DNA of 64,000 nt from Tagaea sp. (GTDB lineage: Bacteria > Pseudomonadota > Alphaproteobacteria > CACIAM-22H2): contig CBDIIB010000005.1 in NCBI GenBank assembly GCA_965279525.1, positions 448,001-512,000 of the forward strand, read 5' to 3'. This document shows positions 42,133-52,290 of this stretch, piece after piece (within the stretch, counting starts at the first letter, position 1; the number at the start of each line of letters is the position of its first letter). The notes beneath the pieces were generated by a model that was given only the letters and a program-made list of their open reading frames with translations, ran no database searches and had not been told where the DNA came from. A program made the position numbers and the translations under genes.

Positions 42133-43104
42133 TCAGGCCCGGCGCGGCCGCCCGGCAGCCGGCGCCTTGCCTTCGCGCACGAAAAGCAGGCGCATGACCT
42201 CGTCCACGCCGAGGCCCTTGAGGCTTTCCCGGCGCAGGACGGCCACTTCGGCCCCCCGCGGCGCGCAGAGCCGGGGGTCGGACTCGGTCGAGAACAGCAC
42301 GACCGACGGGCAGCCGGCCGCCGCGATCAGGTGCATGGGGCCGGTATCGTTGCCGATCGCCGCCCCTGCCCCGCGCGCCATCGCGGCGATGTCGGCGAAA
42401 TCCGTCTGTCCGATCAGGTCGCGCGCCCGGGGGGCGACGGCGCGGATCGTCTCGCCCAACCCCTTCTCGTCCGGTCCGCCGATCAGCACCGGCGTGGCGC
42501 CATGCGCCAGCAGTTCGGTCGCCAGCGCGCCGTATTTCGCGACCGGCCAGCGCTTGGCCGGCCGGCCGGCCGATCCGCCGGGCACCAGCAGCACATAGGG
42601 GTCGGGCAGCTTGAAGCGCGCCAGATCGGCCGAAACCCAGCCGACGTCGGCGGCCGGCACGTCGGCGATGCCGGCCATCGCGAGCTGCTCGCGCTGCCGG
42701 TCGACCGTGTGCATGGAATCGCGCGCCGGGTTGGCGTGCGGCAGGCTGCAGCCGGACGCGATCCCCGACCAGGCCGGCCGGCCCGGCCCCATCAGGCGGA
42801 AATAGAGCCCCGACCGGTCGGAGGTCTGCAGGTCGTAGACGCGCTGGAACTTGCCGCCGCGCAACTTCGCGCGCAGCGCCATCAGGCCGGGCAGGTTCAG
42901 CTTGTGCGGGCGCGGATCGACCCACACCTCGTCGACATAGGGGCTCGCCCGCAGGAAATCGGCGAACGGCGCACTCGTCAGCAGCACGATCTGCGCGTCC
43001 TTGTGGTGCGCGCGGATCGCCGCCATGGGCCCGAGCGCCTGCACCACGTCGCCGAGCGCGCCGAGCTTGATGACGAGAATGCGTGCCACGCCCGCTTCGC
43101 TCAT
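42133..43104 (-). CDS. Glycosyltransferase family 9 (heptosyltransferase-like)
   Basis: ILVIKLGALGDVV, KRWP, GNDTGPMHL. Confidence 0.9.
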   Translation of the reverse strand: MSEAGVARILVIKLGALGDVVQALGPMAAIRAHHKDAQIVLLTSAPFADFLRASPYVDEVWVDPRPHKLNLPGLMALRAKLRGGKFQRVYDLQTSDRSGLYFRLMGPGRPAWSGIASGCSLPHANPARDSMHTVDRQREQLAMAGIADVPAADVGWVSADLARFKLPDPYVLLVPGGSAGRPAKRWPVAKYGALATELLAHGATPVLIGGPDEKGLGETIRAVAPRARDLIGQTDFADIAAMARGAGAAIGNDTGPMHLIAAAGCPSVVLFSTESDPRLCAPRGAEVAVLRRESLKGLGVDEVMRLLFVREGKAPAAGRPRRA

Positions 43105-44321
43105 CCCCAGACCTCGGGATAGGTCTCGCGCAGCAATTCCTCGTAGACGTCGAGCGTGGCCTGGCACATGCGCTCTTTCGTGAAACTTACGCGCACATGG
43201 TCGATCGCGGTCTCGGACAAAAGCTTGCGGCCCGCGGCGTCGAGCGCCAGCGCCGAGCGCAGCGCATCGGCAAGTGCGTCGACGCGGCCCGACGTGAACG
43301 TCCAGCCGGTCTCGCCCTCGATCAGGATCTCAGGCGCTGCCCCGTGCGCCGGTGCGACGACCGGCCTTCCCATCGCCTGCGCTTCGGCCACCACGCGCCC
43401 GAAGGCTTCGGGGTCGGTCGATGCCGAAACGACGACGTCGGCCAGCATGTAGGCCGCCGGCATGTCCGCGCAGTGGTCGACGATGCGCGCGATGCCTTCC
43501 AGCCCGCGCGCGCGCACGCGCTTTTCCAGTTCCGCGCGATAGGCGGTGCGGCCCTGGTCGGAGCCCACGAACAGCAGCACGATGTCGCGCCGGCCGAGCT
43601 TCGCCACCGCGTCGATCAGCAGCGTCTGGCCCTTCCAGCGCGTGAGCCGGCCCGGCAGCATGATCACCGGCAGCCCGTCGGGCAGGCGCCACTCGGTCGC
43701 GAGTTTCACCTGCCGCTCGACCGATACGCGTGCGGGGTCGAACTTCGCGATGTCGATGCCGCGATGGATCACGCGCACCAGCGTGCTGGGCACGTGATAG
43801 GTCTGCGAAAGATGGCGGGCGATGAATTCGGAGATCGCGATGACGCGCGCCCCCTTCGCCATGATCGAATTGTAATAGCGCTTGATCGGGTTGCCGAAAT
43901 TGTAGGTGCCGTGGAACGTGGTCATGAACGCGACGCGCTCGCGCCTTGCGGCGGCACGCGCACTCCACGCCGGAGCCCGGCTGCGCGCATGGACGATGTC
44001 GGCGCCGGTCTGGCGGATCGCTTCGGCCAGGCGCGTGACGTTGCGGCGCATCGTGAACGGGTTCTTCGACGCGACCGGCAGCGTGATGTGCGTGGCGCCC
44101 GCACGCTCGACCTCGCGCACCATCGGCCCGCCTTCGGACACCACGATCGAGCGCCAGCCGGCCTTGACGGTCGCGGCCGCCACGTCGACCGCCCCCCGCT
44201 CGACCCCGCCGGTGACGAGGGCTGGCAAAACCTGCATGATGACCGGAACGCGCGCGGCGACGGGCAGGCCCGTCCCGGGCCGGTCATCCGCTTCCGTTTC
44301 TTTGCCGTTCAAGGATTGCAT
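43101..44321 (-). CDS. Glycosyltransferase family 4 (start may be 44238)
   Basis: QVLPALVTGGVERG, HARSRAPAW, GRLTRWKGQ, EAFGRVVAEAQAMG. Confidence 0.9.
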   Translation of the reverse strand: MQSLNGKETEADDRPGTGLPVAARVPVIMQVLPALVTGGVERGAVDVAAATVKAGWRSIVVSEGGPMVREVERAGATHITLPVASKNPFTMRRNVTRLAEAIRQTGADIVHARSRAPAWSARAAARRERVAFMTTFHGTYNFGNPIKRYYNSIMAKGARVIAISEFIARHLSQTYHVPSTLVRVIHRGIDIAKFDPARVSVERQVKLATEWRLPDGLPVIMLPGRLTRWKGQTLLIDAVAKLGRRDIVLLFVGSDQGRTAYRAELEKRVRARGLEGIARIVDHCADMPAAYMLADVVVSASTDPEAFGRVVAEAQAMGRPVVAPAHGAAPEILIEGETGWTFTSGRVDALADALRSALALDAAGRKLLSETAIDHVRVSFTKERMCQATLDVYEELLRETYPEVWG

Positions 44322-45084
44322 GTCGTCCGACCTAACGCGCCCGGGCTTTTTCGCCCATCCCGATCCGCACGCACCCCGTATCGCCTATCGCCGGATTCGC
44401 GGCAAGTCCCCCGGAATCGTGTTCTGCACCGGATTCATGTCGGACATGAACGGTTCCAAGGCATTGGCGGCCGAGGAATGGGCGCGAAAGCGCGGCCAGG
44501 CGTGCCTGCGCTTCGATTATCGCGGCCACGGGGAGTCGGAGGGAACCTTCGCGGACGGCACGATCGGGCTGTGGCGGGACGACGCACTTGGCGTGTTCGA
44601 CGCGCACACCGACGGCCCGCAGGTCGTCATCGGCTCGTCGATGGGCGGGTGGATCGCCCTCCTCCTCGCGCTGGCACGGCCCGCGCGCGTGGCCTCGCTC
44701 GTCGGGATTGCCGCCGCCCCTGATTTCACCGAGGACCTGATCTGGGCAAAGCTGCCCCCGCCACTGCGCACGAAGATCGAGACCGAGGGCAGCTTCCAGG
44801 AGCCGAGCGCCTATGGCGACACGCCCTATACGATCACCCGCGCGCTGCTCGAGGACGGCCGCCGCCACCTGCTGCTGCGCGGCCCCATCGCGTTCGAGGG
44901 CCGCGTGCGCCTGCTGCACGGCATGCTCGACTCCGACGTGCCGTGGCAATGGTCGCCGAAGATCGCCGAGCGGCTGACGTCGCCCGACACTCGCGTGACG
45001 CTGGTCAAGGATGGCGACCACCGCCTGTCGCGCGAGCAGGATCTGAAACTGCTGACCGATACGCTGGACGAGCTATGCGGCTGA
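44320..45084 (+). CDS. Alpha/beta hydrolase (ABHD10-like)
   Basis: GFMSDMNGSKA, RFDYRGHGES, GSSMGG, DGDHRLSR. Confidence 0.9.
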   Translation: MSSDLTRPGFFAHPDPHAPRIAYRRIRGKSPGIVFCTGFMSDMNGSKALAAEEWARKRGQACLRFDYRGHGESEGTFADGTIGLWRDDALGVFDAHTDGPQVVIGSSMGGWIALLLALARPARVASLVGIAAAPDFTEDLIWAKLPPPLRTKIETEGSFQEPSAYGDTPYTITRALLEDGRRHLLLRGPIAFEGRVRLLHGMLDSDVPWQWSPKIAERLTSPDTRVTLVKDGDHRLSREQDLKLLTDTLDELCG

Positions 45085-45872
45085 TCGCCCGACGCGGCGT
45101 GCTCGCCGCAGGGCTTGCGGCATTGGCCCCACGCGCCCGCGCGCAAGGGCTGCGGGCCGGCGTCGTCGTCATGCACGGAAAGACCGGGATGCCGGGCTTT
45201 CCCGGCCTGCGCACGCTTGCCGCGCGCATCGAGGCAGCCGGAATGCGCACGGTCCTCCCCGAGATGCCATGGTCGCGCAACCGCTACATCGACGGACCGG
45301 TGGAAAAGGCGTTCGACGAGATCGGGCGGGAGCTTGCGCGGCTGAAATCGGCGGGAGCGGCGAAGCTGTTCCTGGCGGGGCATTCGATCGGCGCCACAGC
45401 CGCCCTCGGCTATGCGGTCGCGCGCGGCGGCATCGACGGCGTGGCGATGGTCGCGACCGGGCACGTGCCGCAGTTCTATTACAACGTGGCATTCACGGCG
45501 AACCTGGCGGTTCGCGATTCGATCGACCGGGCGCGCGCGATGGTCGCCGCCGGTCGCGGCGGCGAGAGCGCCGGGTTCGCCGACAACAACCAGGGCAACG
45601 CGCTGTCGCTGCGGATGACGGCGGGCGAGTATCTTTCGTGGTTCGAGCCGGGTGGTGCCATGGACCCGCACGCGCTCGTCGCCAAGGCGCCCTGCCCGGT
45701 CCTGTGGGCCATCGGCCTGCAGGATGGTCTCTATGCGTCGAGCCGCGCGCAGTATTTCGACCGGCTGCCGCCGGATCCGCGCCACGCGTTCGTCGCGGTC
45801 GCCGGCGGGCATCTCGACACGCCGGCGGCGGCGGCCGACGACGTCGCTTCGTTCCTGAAATCTCTCGCCTAG
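45075..45872 (+). CDS. Exported alpha/beta hydrolase (Tat-like signal)
   Basis: ARRGVL signal; MHGK, GHSIG nucleophile elbow, GGHLDTP. Confidence 0.8.
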   Translation: MRLIARRGVLAAGLAALAPRARAQGLRAGVVVMHGKTGMPGFPGLRTLAARIEAAGMRTVLPEMPWSRNRYIDGPVEKAFDEIGRELARLKSAGAAKLFLAGHSIGATAALGYAVARGGIDGVAMVATGHVPQFYYNVAFTANLAVRDSIDRARAMVAAGRGGESAGFADNNQGNALSLRMTAGEYLSWFEPGGAMDPHALVAKAPCPVLWAIGLQDGLYASSRAQYFDRLPPDPRHAFVAVAGGHLDTPAAAADDVASFLKSLA

Positions 45873-46786
45873 GACCCCGCGTCCAGCAGCGCCTTCAGCC
45901 CCGCGCGATAGTCGGGATAGGCGAGCTTCACACCCAGCGTGTCCTTGATCTTGCGGTTCATCACGCGCTTGTTCTCGGCATAGAACGAGCGCGCCATCTC
46001 GCTCATCGATTTCTCGGCAAGCGCATAGGGCACTTCCGGCGGCGCTTCCACGCCGAGCAATGCCGCCGCATACGCGATCACGTCCTGGGGCGGGGCCGGA
46101 TCGTCGTCGCACACGTTGTAGACCGCACCGGCTTCGGGTGCGGCGATCGAGGCTTCGAGCACGCTCGCGATATCCTCGACATGGATGCGGCTGAAGACCT
46201 GGCCGGGCTTGACCACGCGTTTCGCGTTGCCGCCGCGCACGGTATCGAGCGCACTGCGCCCCGGCCCGTAGATGCCCGCGAGCCGGAAGACATGTACCTT
46301 CTGCCCGACGCGGCCCAGACCGAGCCAGCCTTCCTCCGCCGCCACGCGGGCCTTGCCGCGCGTGCCGACCGGATGCAAGGCACCGCGTTCGTCGACCCAT
46401 TCGCCGGCCCGGTCGCCATAGACGCCGGTGGTCGAGAGGTACCCCGTCCACTTGACGCCTTCGAGCCGGATCAGGTCGTTGGCGTGATGGTCGAGGACCG
46501 GATCGCCCTTCGTGTCGGGCGGCACCGACGACAGGATATGCGTGGTCCCGGCAAGGGCGGCGGCTGCATCGGCCAGCGGCCGGCCGCGGTCGAACAGGAA
46601 CGGCTCGATGCCGGCGGCGCGCAGGGCTTCGGCCTTCTCGGCCGTGCGGCACGTGCCGGCCACGCGCCAGCGTCCGGCGATCAGCCGGCGTGCCAGCGCC
46701 ATCGCCGAGTAGCCGAGACCGAAGCAGAACAGCCGGTTGGCGCGCGCGGGATGGAGCGGGATCGCGTCTGGAAGCCTGGTTGCCAT
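45869..46786 (-). CDS. Atypical SDR / NAD-dependent epimerase family protein
   Basis: FGLGYSA, YLSTTGVYGD, RLAGIYGPGR, SRIHVEDIA. Confidence 0.9.
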   Translation of the reverse strand: MATRLPDAIPLHPARANRLFCFGLGYSAMALARRLIAGRWRVAGTCRTAEKAEALRAAGIEPFLFDRGRPLADAAAALAGTTHILSSVPPDTKGDPVLDHHANDLIRLEGVKWTGYLSTTGVYGDRAGEWVDERGALHPVGTRGKARVAAEEGWLGLGRVGQKVHVFRLAGIYGPGRSALDTVRGGNAKRVVKPGQVFSRIHVEDIASVLEASIAAPEAGAVYNVCDDDPAPPQDVIAYAAALLGVEAPPEVPYALAEKSMSEMARSFYAENKRVMNRKIKDTLGVKLAYPDYRAGLKALLDAGS

Positions 46787-46838
46787 CGTGACTCCAAGTC
46801 TATGGCATCGCGGCCGCGTCGGCGCTACACCCTCGCGC

Positions 46839-47711
46839 ATGAAACGATTTGCCCTGCTCCTTCTCGCGCTCGCGGGCGTGCTGGCATCCGCCCCCTTGGA
46901 AGCCCAGCAGCCCCCGCGCCGCACCCAGACGCCCGTGCAGAGCGCGCCGCCCGGTGCGGGCGTGGCCCGCCCATTGCCGCGCCTGGAGCCGTCGCCCGCC
47001 GCCGCCAACGAATACGACGCGTGCCTGCGCAGGGCCGAGCGCGAGCCCGACGCCGCGTTCGAGGACGCGCGCGGCTGGGCGCGCACGCGCGGCGGCGGGG
47101 AACCGGCCGAGCATTGTGCGGCGGTCGCCCTCTTCAATCGCGGCTCCTTCCGCCAGGCGGCCGACGCCTTCACCGACCTTGCCGCGCGCTTCCGCGACCG
47201 GCGCACGCTGCTGCGCGCAAGCCTTGTGGCGCAGGCCGGCCGCGCGTGGCTCGCCGCCGACGAACCGGCACGCGCGGTGTCGGCTTTCGCCGCCGCCATC
47301 GAGATCTCGCCCGACACGCCGACCTTCTGGATCGACCGCGCCGAGGCGCAGGCCGCCGACGGGAAATTCTGGGAAGCGATCGACGATCTCAACCGTGCCA
47401 TCGACCTCGACGCCCGGCGCGGCGACGCGCACGCGTTGCGCGCGGCGGCCTACCGGCAGGTCGACGCGACGGACCTTGCGATCGAGGACGCGGATGCCGC
47501 CGTGCGGCTGGCTCCCAAGCTGCCGGAAGCGTGGCTCGAACGCGGGATCCTCAAGCGCATCCGCGGCGACAAGGATGGTGCCAGGCGCGACTGGCGCGAG
47601 GTGCTGCTGCTCGAACCCGACGGTCAGGCGGCCGAGACGGCGCGTGCCAATATCGAACGCATGGAACTGGGGATCGATCCCCCGCCGCCGCCGCCAAGGC
47701 CGCGGCGCTAG
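46839..47711 (+). CDS. Exported tetratricopeptide-repeat protein
   Basis: Signal peptide; TPR-like repeats (AIDDLNRAIDLD, DADAAVRLAP). Confidence 0.85.
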   Translation: MKRFALLLLALAGVLASAPLEAQQPPRRTQTPVQSAPPGAGVARPLPRLEPSPAAANEYDACLRRAEREPDAAFEDARGWARTRGGGEPAEHCAAVALFNRGSFRQAADAFTDLAARFRDRRTLLRASLVAQAGRAWLAADEPARAVSAFAAAIEISPDTPTFWIDRAEAQAADGKFWEAIDDLNRAIDLDARRGDAHALRAAAYRQVDATDLAIEDADAAVRLAPKLPEAWLERGILKRIRGDKDGARRDWREVLLLEPDGQAAETARANIERMELGIDPPPPPPRPRR

Positions 47712-49330
47712 GCTTTCGCCTTCGAAAGTTCGCCCGACAGCACGCGCGCGATCAGCGCGCGGGTCGCGTCGATCCCGTAGAGGGCGATGAACGAGCCCAT
47801 GCGCGGGCCCTGGCTGGCGCCGAACATCGTCTCGTACATCGCCTGGAACCACGCCTTCAGTTCGGGGAACGCGTGGCGCTTGCCCACCGCGTAGACCTCG
47901 TTCTGGATGTCTTCGGCGCTCGCGTTCGCGGCAAGCCCGGCAAGGCACGCATCGAGATCGGCGATGGCCGCATGTTCCATGTCGGTCGGCTTGCGGAACA
48001 CGCGCGTCGGCCCGACATAGTCGCGGAAATACGCGATCGCATGGCGCACCAGCCGGTCGAGCATCGGGTTCGCCGCCGGGGTCGCCTTGGGCGCATAGCG
48101 CGTGATGAAACCCCACAGCACGTCGGGCTCCAGCGAGTTCGCCACGCCGACGAGGTTGAGCAGCATGCTGAACGGCAGGCCGTTGGCCTCCGGTGCCGGC
48201 GGCTTGCCGCCATGGATGTGGAAGGCCGGATTGTCGAGCCGCTGCTGCACGGTCTGCGCGGGGAAGCGCTCGACGAACGAAAGGTAGTCGTCGACATTGC
48301 GCGGAATCACGTCGAAATGCAGGCGCTTGGCGGCCTTGGGCTGCTGGTACATGAACAGCGACAGGCTCTCGGCCGGCCCGTAGGTGAGCCACTCCTCGAT
48401 CGTCAGCCCGTTGCCGCGCGACTTCGAGATCTTCTCGCCCTTCTCGTCGAGGAAGAGCTCGTAGGTGAAGCCTTCGGGCGGCTTGCCGCCGATGGCGCGC
48501 GCGACCTTGGACGAGTACTTGACCGAGTCGATCAGGTCCTTGCCCGACATCTCGTAGTCGACTTCGAGCGCGGTCCAGCGCATCGCCCAGTCGATCTTCC
48601 ATTGCAGCTTGCAGGCCCCGCCGGTGACGGGCGTTTCGACGAGGTTACCCGCGTCGTCGCGCCAGACGATCGTGCCGGCGTCGGGCTTGGCTTCCACCGT
48701 CGGCACCTGCAGCACGCGACCGGACTTCGGGCACACGGGCATGAAGGGCGAATAGGTCTGCCGGCGCTCCTCGCGCAGGCTCGGCAGCATGATGTCCATG
48801 ATCGCGCGGTAGCTGCGCAGCACCTTGAGCAGCGTCGCGTCGAACTTCCCCGACTTGTACATCTGGGTCGAGGACACGAACTCGTACTCGAAGCCGAACC
48901 GGTCGAGGAATTCGCGCAGCATCGCGTTGTTGTGCGCGCCGAAACTGTCGAACTTGCCGAACGGGTCGGGTACGGCCGTCAGCGGCATGCCGATGTTCTT
49001 CGCCAGCATCTCGCCGTTCGGCACGTTGTCGGGCACCTTGCGCAGCCCGTCCATGTCGTCGGAGAAGGCGAACAGCTTGGTCGGCACGTCCGACAGCATC
49101 TCGAATGCCTTGCGCACCATCGTCGTGCGCACGACCTCGCCGAACGTGCCCAGATGCGGCAGGCCCGAGGGGCCGTAGCCGGTCTCGAACAGCACGTAGC
49201 CCTTGGCCGGGACCTTTTCGCCGGTGCGCGCGACGAGACGGCGCGCCTCCTCGAACGGCCACGCGCGGCCTTTCATCGCGTCCGCGCGCGTCGGCGGGGC
49301 GGAAGAAAGGGGGGCGGCGGGATCGGTCAT
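47708..49330 (-). CDS. lysS: Lysine--tRNA ligase, class I
   Basis: AWPFEEA, ETGYGPSGLPHLGTF, KISKSRGN, GPRMGSF. Confidence 0.96.
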   Translation of the reverse strand: MTDPAAPLSSAPPTRADAMKGRAWPFEEARRLVARTGEKVPAKGYVLFETGYGPSGLPHLGTFGEVVRTTMVRKAFEMLSDVPTKLFAFSDDMDGLRKVPDNVPNGEMLAKNIGMPLTAVPDPFGKFDSFGAHNNAMLREFLDRFGFEYEFVSSTQMYKSGKFDATLLKVLRSYRAIMDIMLPSLREERRQTYSPFMPVCPKSGRVLQVPTVEAKPDAGTIVWRDDAGNLVETPVTGGACKLQWKIDWAMRWTALEVDYEMSGKDLIDSVKYSSKVARAIGGKPPEGFTYELFLDEKGEKISKSRGNGLTIEEWLTYGPAESLSLFMYQQPKAAKRLHFDVIPRNVDDYLSFVERFPAQTVQQRLDNPAFHIHGGKPPAPEANGLPFSMLLNLVGVANSLEPDVLWGFITRYAPKATPAANPMLDRLVRHAIAYFRDYVGPTRVFRKPTDMEHAAIADLDACLAGLAANASAEDIQNEVYAVGKRHAFPELKAWFQAMYETMFGASQGPRMGSFIALYGIDATRALIARVLSGELSKAKA

Positions 49331-49434
49331 GGCGCTCTCGAAAAGGATGGCTCGGAAAGGACGGTCGAAACGGCCCGCGAAACTACGGCCCATGCGCCGG
49401 TGCGTCAACGCCCCGCAAAGCCCTATGATGCGTC

Positions 49435-52290
49435 ATGCGCGATTCGCCCCCCTCGTCCGACGCGCCCCCGTCGGCCAACGCAACGGTCGTTCCCTTCCGC
49501 GGCAGCAATCCGCGCACGTCGCTCGTGCGCGTGCCCGCCGTCCCGGTGATCGCCGCGGGCGTGGCGCAGGCCGCATGGTTGACGGCCGATGGCGAGATCG
49601 AGGAGATCCGCCTGTCCGAAGCCGCGCGCCGCGCGATGACCGAGCCGCCGATCGCGGTCCATGCGCCCGCGACAGCGCGTCGGCTGGGGCTCGACCGGCT
49701 CGCCTGCTACGACGCGCTCGAGCTTTTCGCTTTCGTGCGCCCGGCGCGCTTCTGCCTGCCGACCGCGCGGGGGCTGGCGGAGGCGCTCGGCCTGCCCGTC
49801 CCGCACGGCCTGTCGGCCGAGGTGCAGGCCGTGCACGAGGCAGTCCGCCTGCTGCTGACCGAATTGGCCGAGCCGCTCGTCGCGCGCAATCCCGACGTGG
49901 TCGGCGCCGCGCGCGCCATGGCACGCGGCGGCTGGCGCTGGGCCGAATGCGTGCTCGCGGCTTTGGGCGATTCGCCCGGTGCCTACGAGACCGACCGTTC
50001 GGTGCAGGGGCTGGAAGCCTGGCGGCGCATCGAGGAATGGGTCGAGACCGCGCCTGAGCCGCCGCCCGGCAACCTTGCCGTCGATCCCGACGAAGCGCGC
50101 CGCCGCCTGGCCGACATGCTGGGCGCCGACAGCGAGGCACGGCCCGAGCAGGCGGACTATGCCTCGGCCGTCTCGCGCGCCTTTGCACCCCGCGATGAGG
50201 CCGACGCCCCGCGCCTCGTCGTTGCCGAAGCGGGAACCGGTGTCGGCAAAACGCTCGGCTATCTCGCCCCGGCCACGCTGTGGGCGGAGAAGAACCAAGG
50301 CGCTGTGTGGATCTCGACCTACACCAAGAACCTCCAGCACCAGATCGACCGCGAGCTTGACCGGCTGCATGACGAGCCGGCGACGAAGGCGCGCAAGGTC
50401 GTCATCCGCAAGGGGCGCGAAAACTATCTTTGCCTGCTCAACCTCGAGGACGCCGTGCGCGGGATTACCTCGCGCCCGCAGGATGCGCCGGCCCTGGGAT
50501 TGATGGCGCGCTGGGCGGCCGCAAGCCGCGACGGCGACATGGTCGGCGGCGATTTCCCGGCATGGCTGCCCGATCTGGTCGGCAAGGCGCGCACACGCGG
50601 GCTCGCCGACCGGCGCGGCGAATGCATCTATTCGGCGTGCCCGCACTACATGCGATGCCCGATCGAAAAATCGGTGCGCCGCGCGCGCAAGGCCGAGATC
50701 GTCATCGCGAACCACGCGCTCGTCATGATGCAGGCGGCGCTGGGCGCTGCCGCCGTCGATCTTTCCGCCGGCTCCGCGCAATCGACGCTGCCCACGCGCT
50801 ACGTGTTCGACGAAGGCCATCACGTTTTCGATGCCGCCGATTCCGCGTTCGGCGGCGCTTTGACGGGGCAGGAAACGGTCGAACTGCGCCGCTGGATCGT
50901 CGGCGCCGAAAGCGGCACCCGCAGCCGCGTGCGTGGCCTGAAAGCGCGTGCGGGCGAGCTGGTCGCCGATATCGACGGCGGGCCGGACCTGCTGGAAAAG
51001 GCGGTTGCCGCCGCGCGCGCCCTGCCCGGCGAAGGCTGGCTGCAGCGCCTTGCGGGCGAAACGATCGGGCCGACCGAAGCGTTCCTCGCGGTGGTGCGCC
51101 GGCAGGTTCTGGCGCGCGCGTCTTCGGACGCGAGCGACGGCTATTCGCTGGAGACCGACTGCCGCCCGCCGCTCGACGGGCTGATCGACGCGGCCGAGAA
51201 GCTGGATGCCGCCCTTGCGCGCATCGCCGAACCGATGATCGCGTTGGCCAAGCGCCTCGTCGAACGGCTCGACGACGAGGCCGCCGAACTCGACACCGCC
51301 ACGCGCGCGCGCATCGAGGCGGTGGCGCGCGGCATCGCCAGGCGTGCGGGCAACGAGCTTGCCGGCTGGCGCGGCATGCTGAAGGCGCTGTCGGGCGACA
51401 CGCCGGCCGATTTCGTCGACTGGATGGCGCTCGAGCGCATGGACGGGCGCGATGCCGACGTGGGCGTGCACCGGCGCTGGATCGATCCGACGGTGCCGTT
51501 TGCCGCAGCCGTGCTGCGGCCGGCACATGGCGCGCTCGTCACGTCGGCCACGCTCACCGACGCGACCGGCGATATCGAAGCGGACTGGGCGGCGGCGGCG
51601 GCGCGCACGGGTGCGGCCCACATGCCTGAATGGACGCGCGCGCAGGTCCCTTCGCCGTTCGACTATGCCAAGAACACGCGCGTGTTCGTCGTCACCGACC
51701 TCGCGCGCGACGAACCGGACCGCGTGGCGGCGGCTTATCGCGAATTCTTCCTCGCATCCAAGGGCGGCGCGCTCGGGCTGTTCACCGCGATCGGCCGGCT
51801 GCGCGCGATCCACGGGCGCATCGGGGCGGCACTCGAGCGTGCGGGCCTGCCGCTCTACGCCCAGCATGTCGACCGGCTCGACGTGTCCACGCTCGTCGAC
51901 ATCTTCCGCGCGGAAGAAGATTCGTGCCTGCTGGGGACCGACGCGGTGCGCGACGGCGTGGACGTGCCCGGCCGTTCGCTGCGCCTGATCGTGTTCGACC
52001 GCGTGCCCTGGCCGCGGCCCGATATCCTCCATAAGGCGCGGCGCGCCCATTTCGGCAAAGCGGCCTACGACGACCGGCTGGTGCGCCTGCGCATCAAGCA
52101 GGCGTTCGGCCGGCTGGTGCGCCGGGCAGACGATACCGGCGTGTTCGTGCTGCTGGATTCCCGATTTCCCTCGCGCCTTGCCAAGGCGTTCCCCGAGGGT
52201 GTCACGATCGAGCGCATCGGGCTTGCCGACGCGATCGCGCGCACGCACGAATTCTTCAGTTCGGGCGGATCCCCTCGAACAGGATCATGA
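49435..52290 (+). CDS. DinG/YoaA family ATP-dependent DNA helicase
   Basis: EAGTGVGKT, KGRENYLC, Fe-S cluster Cys residues (CIYSACPHYMRC), DEGH, TSATL, QAFGRLVR. Confidence 0.93.
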   Translation: MRDSPPSSDAPPSANATVVPFRGSNPRTSLVRVPAVPVIAAGVAQAAWLTADGEIEEIRLSEAARRAMTEPPIAVHAPATARRLGLDRLACYDALELFAFVRPARFCLPTARGLAEALGLPVPHGLSAEVQAVHEAVRLLLTELAEPLVARNPDVVGAARAMARGGWRWAECVLAALGDSPGAYETDRSVQGLEAWRRIEEWVETAPEPPPGNLAVDPDEARRRLADMLGADSEARPEQADYASAVSRAFAPRDEADAPRLVVAEAGTGVGKTLGYLAPATLWAEKNQGAVWISTYTKNLQHQIDRELDRLHDEPATKARKVVIRKGRENYLCLLNLEDAVRGITSRPQDAPALGLMARWAAASRDGDMVGGDFPAWLPDLVGKARTRGLADRRGECIYSACPHYMRCPIEKSVRRARKAEIVIANHALVMMQAALGAAAVDLSAGSAQSTLPTRYVFDEGHHVFDAADSAFGGALTGQETVELRRWIVGAESGTRSRVRGLKARAGELVADIDGGPDLLEKAVAAARALPGEGWLQRLAGETIGPTEAFLAVVRRQVLARASSDASDGYSLETDCRPPLDGLIDAAEKLDAALARIAEPMIALAKRLVERLDDEAAELDTATRARIEAVARGIARRAGNELAGWRGMLKALSGDTPADFVDWMALERMDGRDADVGVHRRWIDPTVPFAAAVLRPAHGALVTSATLTDATGDIEADWAAAAARTGAAHMPEWTRAQVPSPFDYAKNTRVFVVTDLARDEPDRVAAAYREFFLASKGGALGLFTAIGRLRAIHGRIGAALERAGLPLYAQHVDRLDVSTLVDIFRAEEDSCLLGTDAVRDGVDVPGRSLRLIVFDRVPWPRPDILHKARRAHFGKAAYDDRLVRLRIKQAFGRLVRRADDTGVFVLLDSRFPSRLAKAFPEGVTIERIGLADAIARTHEFFSSGGSPRTGS

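Noticed and set aside
47708-49330. Class I LysRS as an oddity
   Set aside because: Normal for many Alphaproteobacteria
45269-49549. 1426-aa ORF and other very long alternative-frame ORFs (e.g. 56576-59848, 49423-52248, 35925-38600, 33519-35759)
   Set aside because: Arg/Ala/Pro-rich shadows of real genes, expected in high-GC DNA; no recognisable motifs
52256-52290. 35-bp convergent overlap of the DinG and AEC transporter genes
   Set aside because: Short tail-to-tail overlaps are common in compact GC-rich genomes
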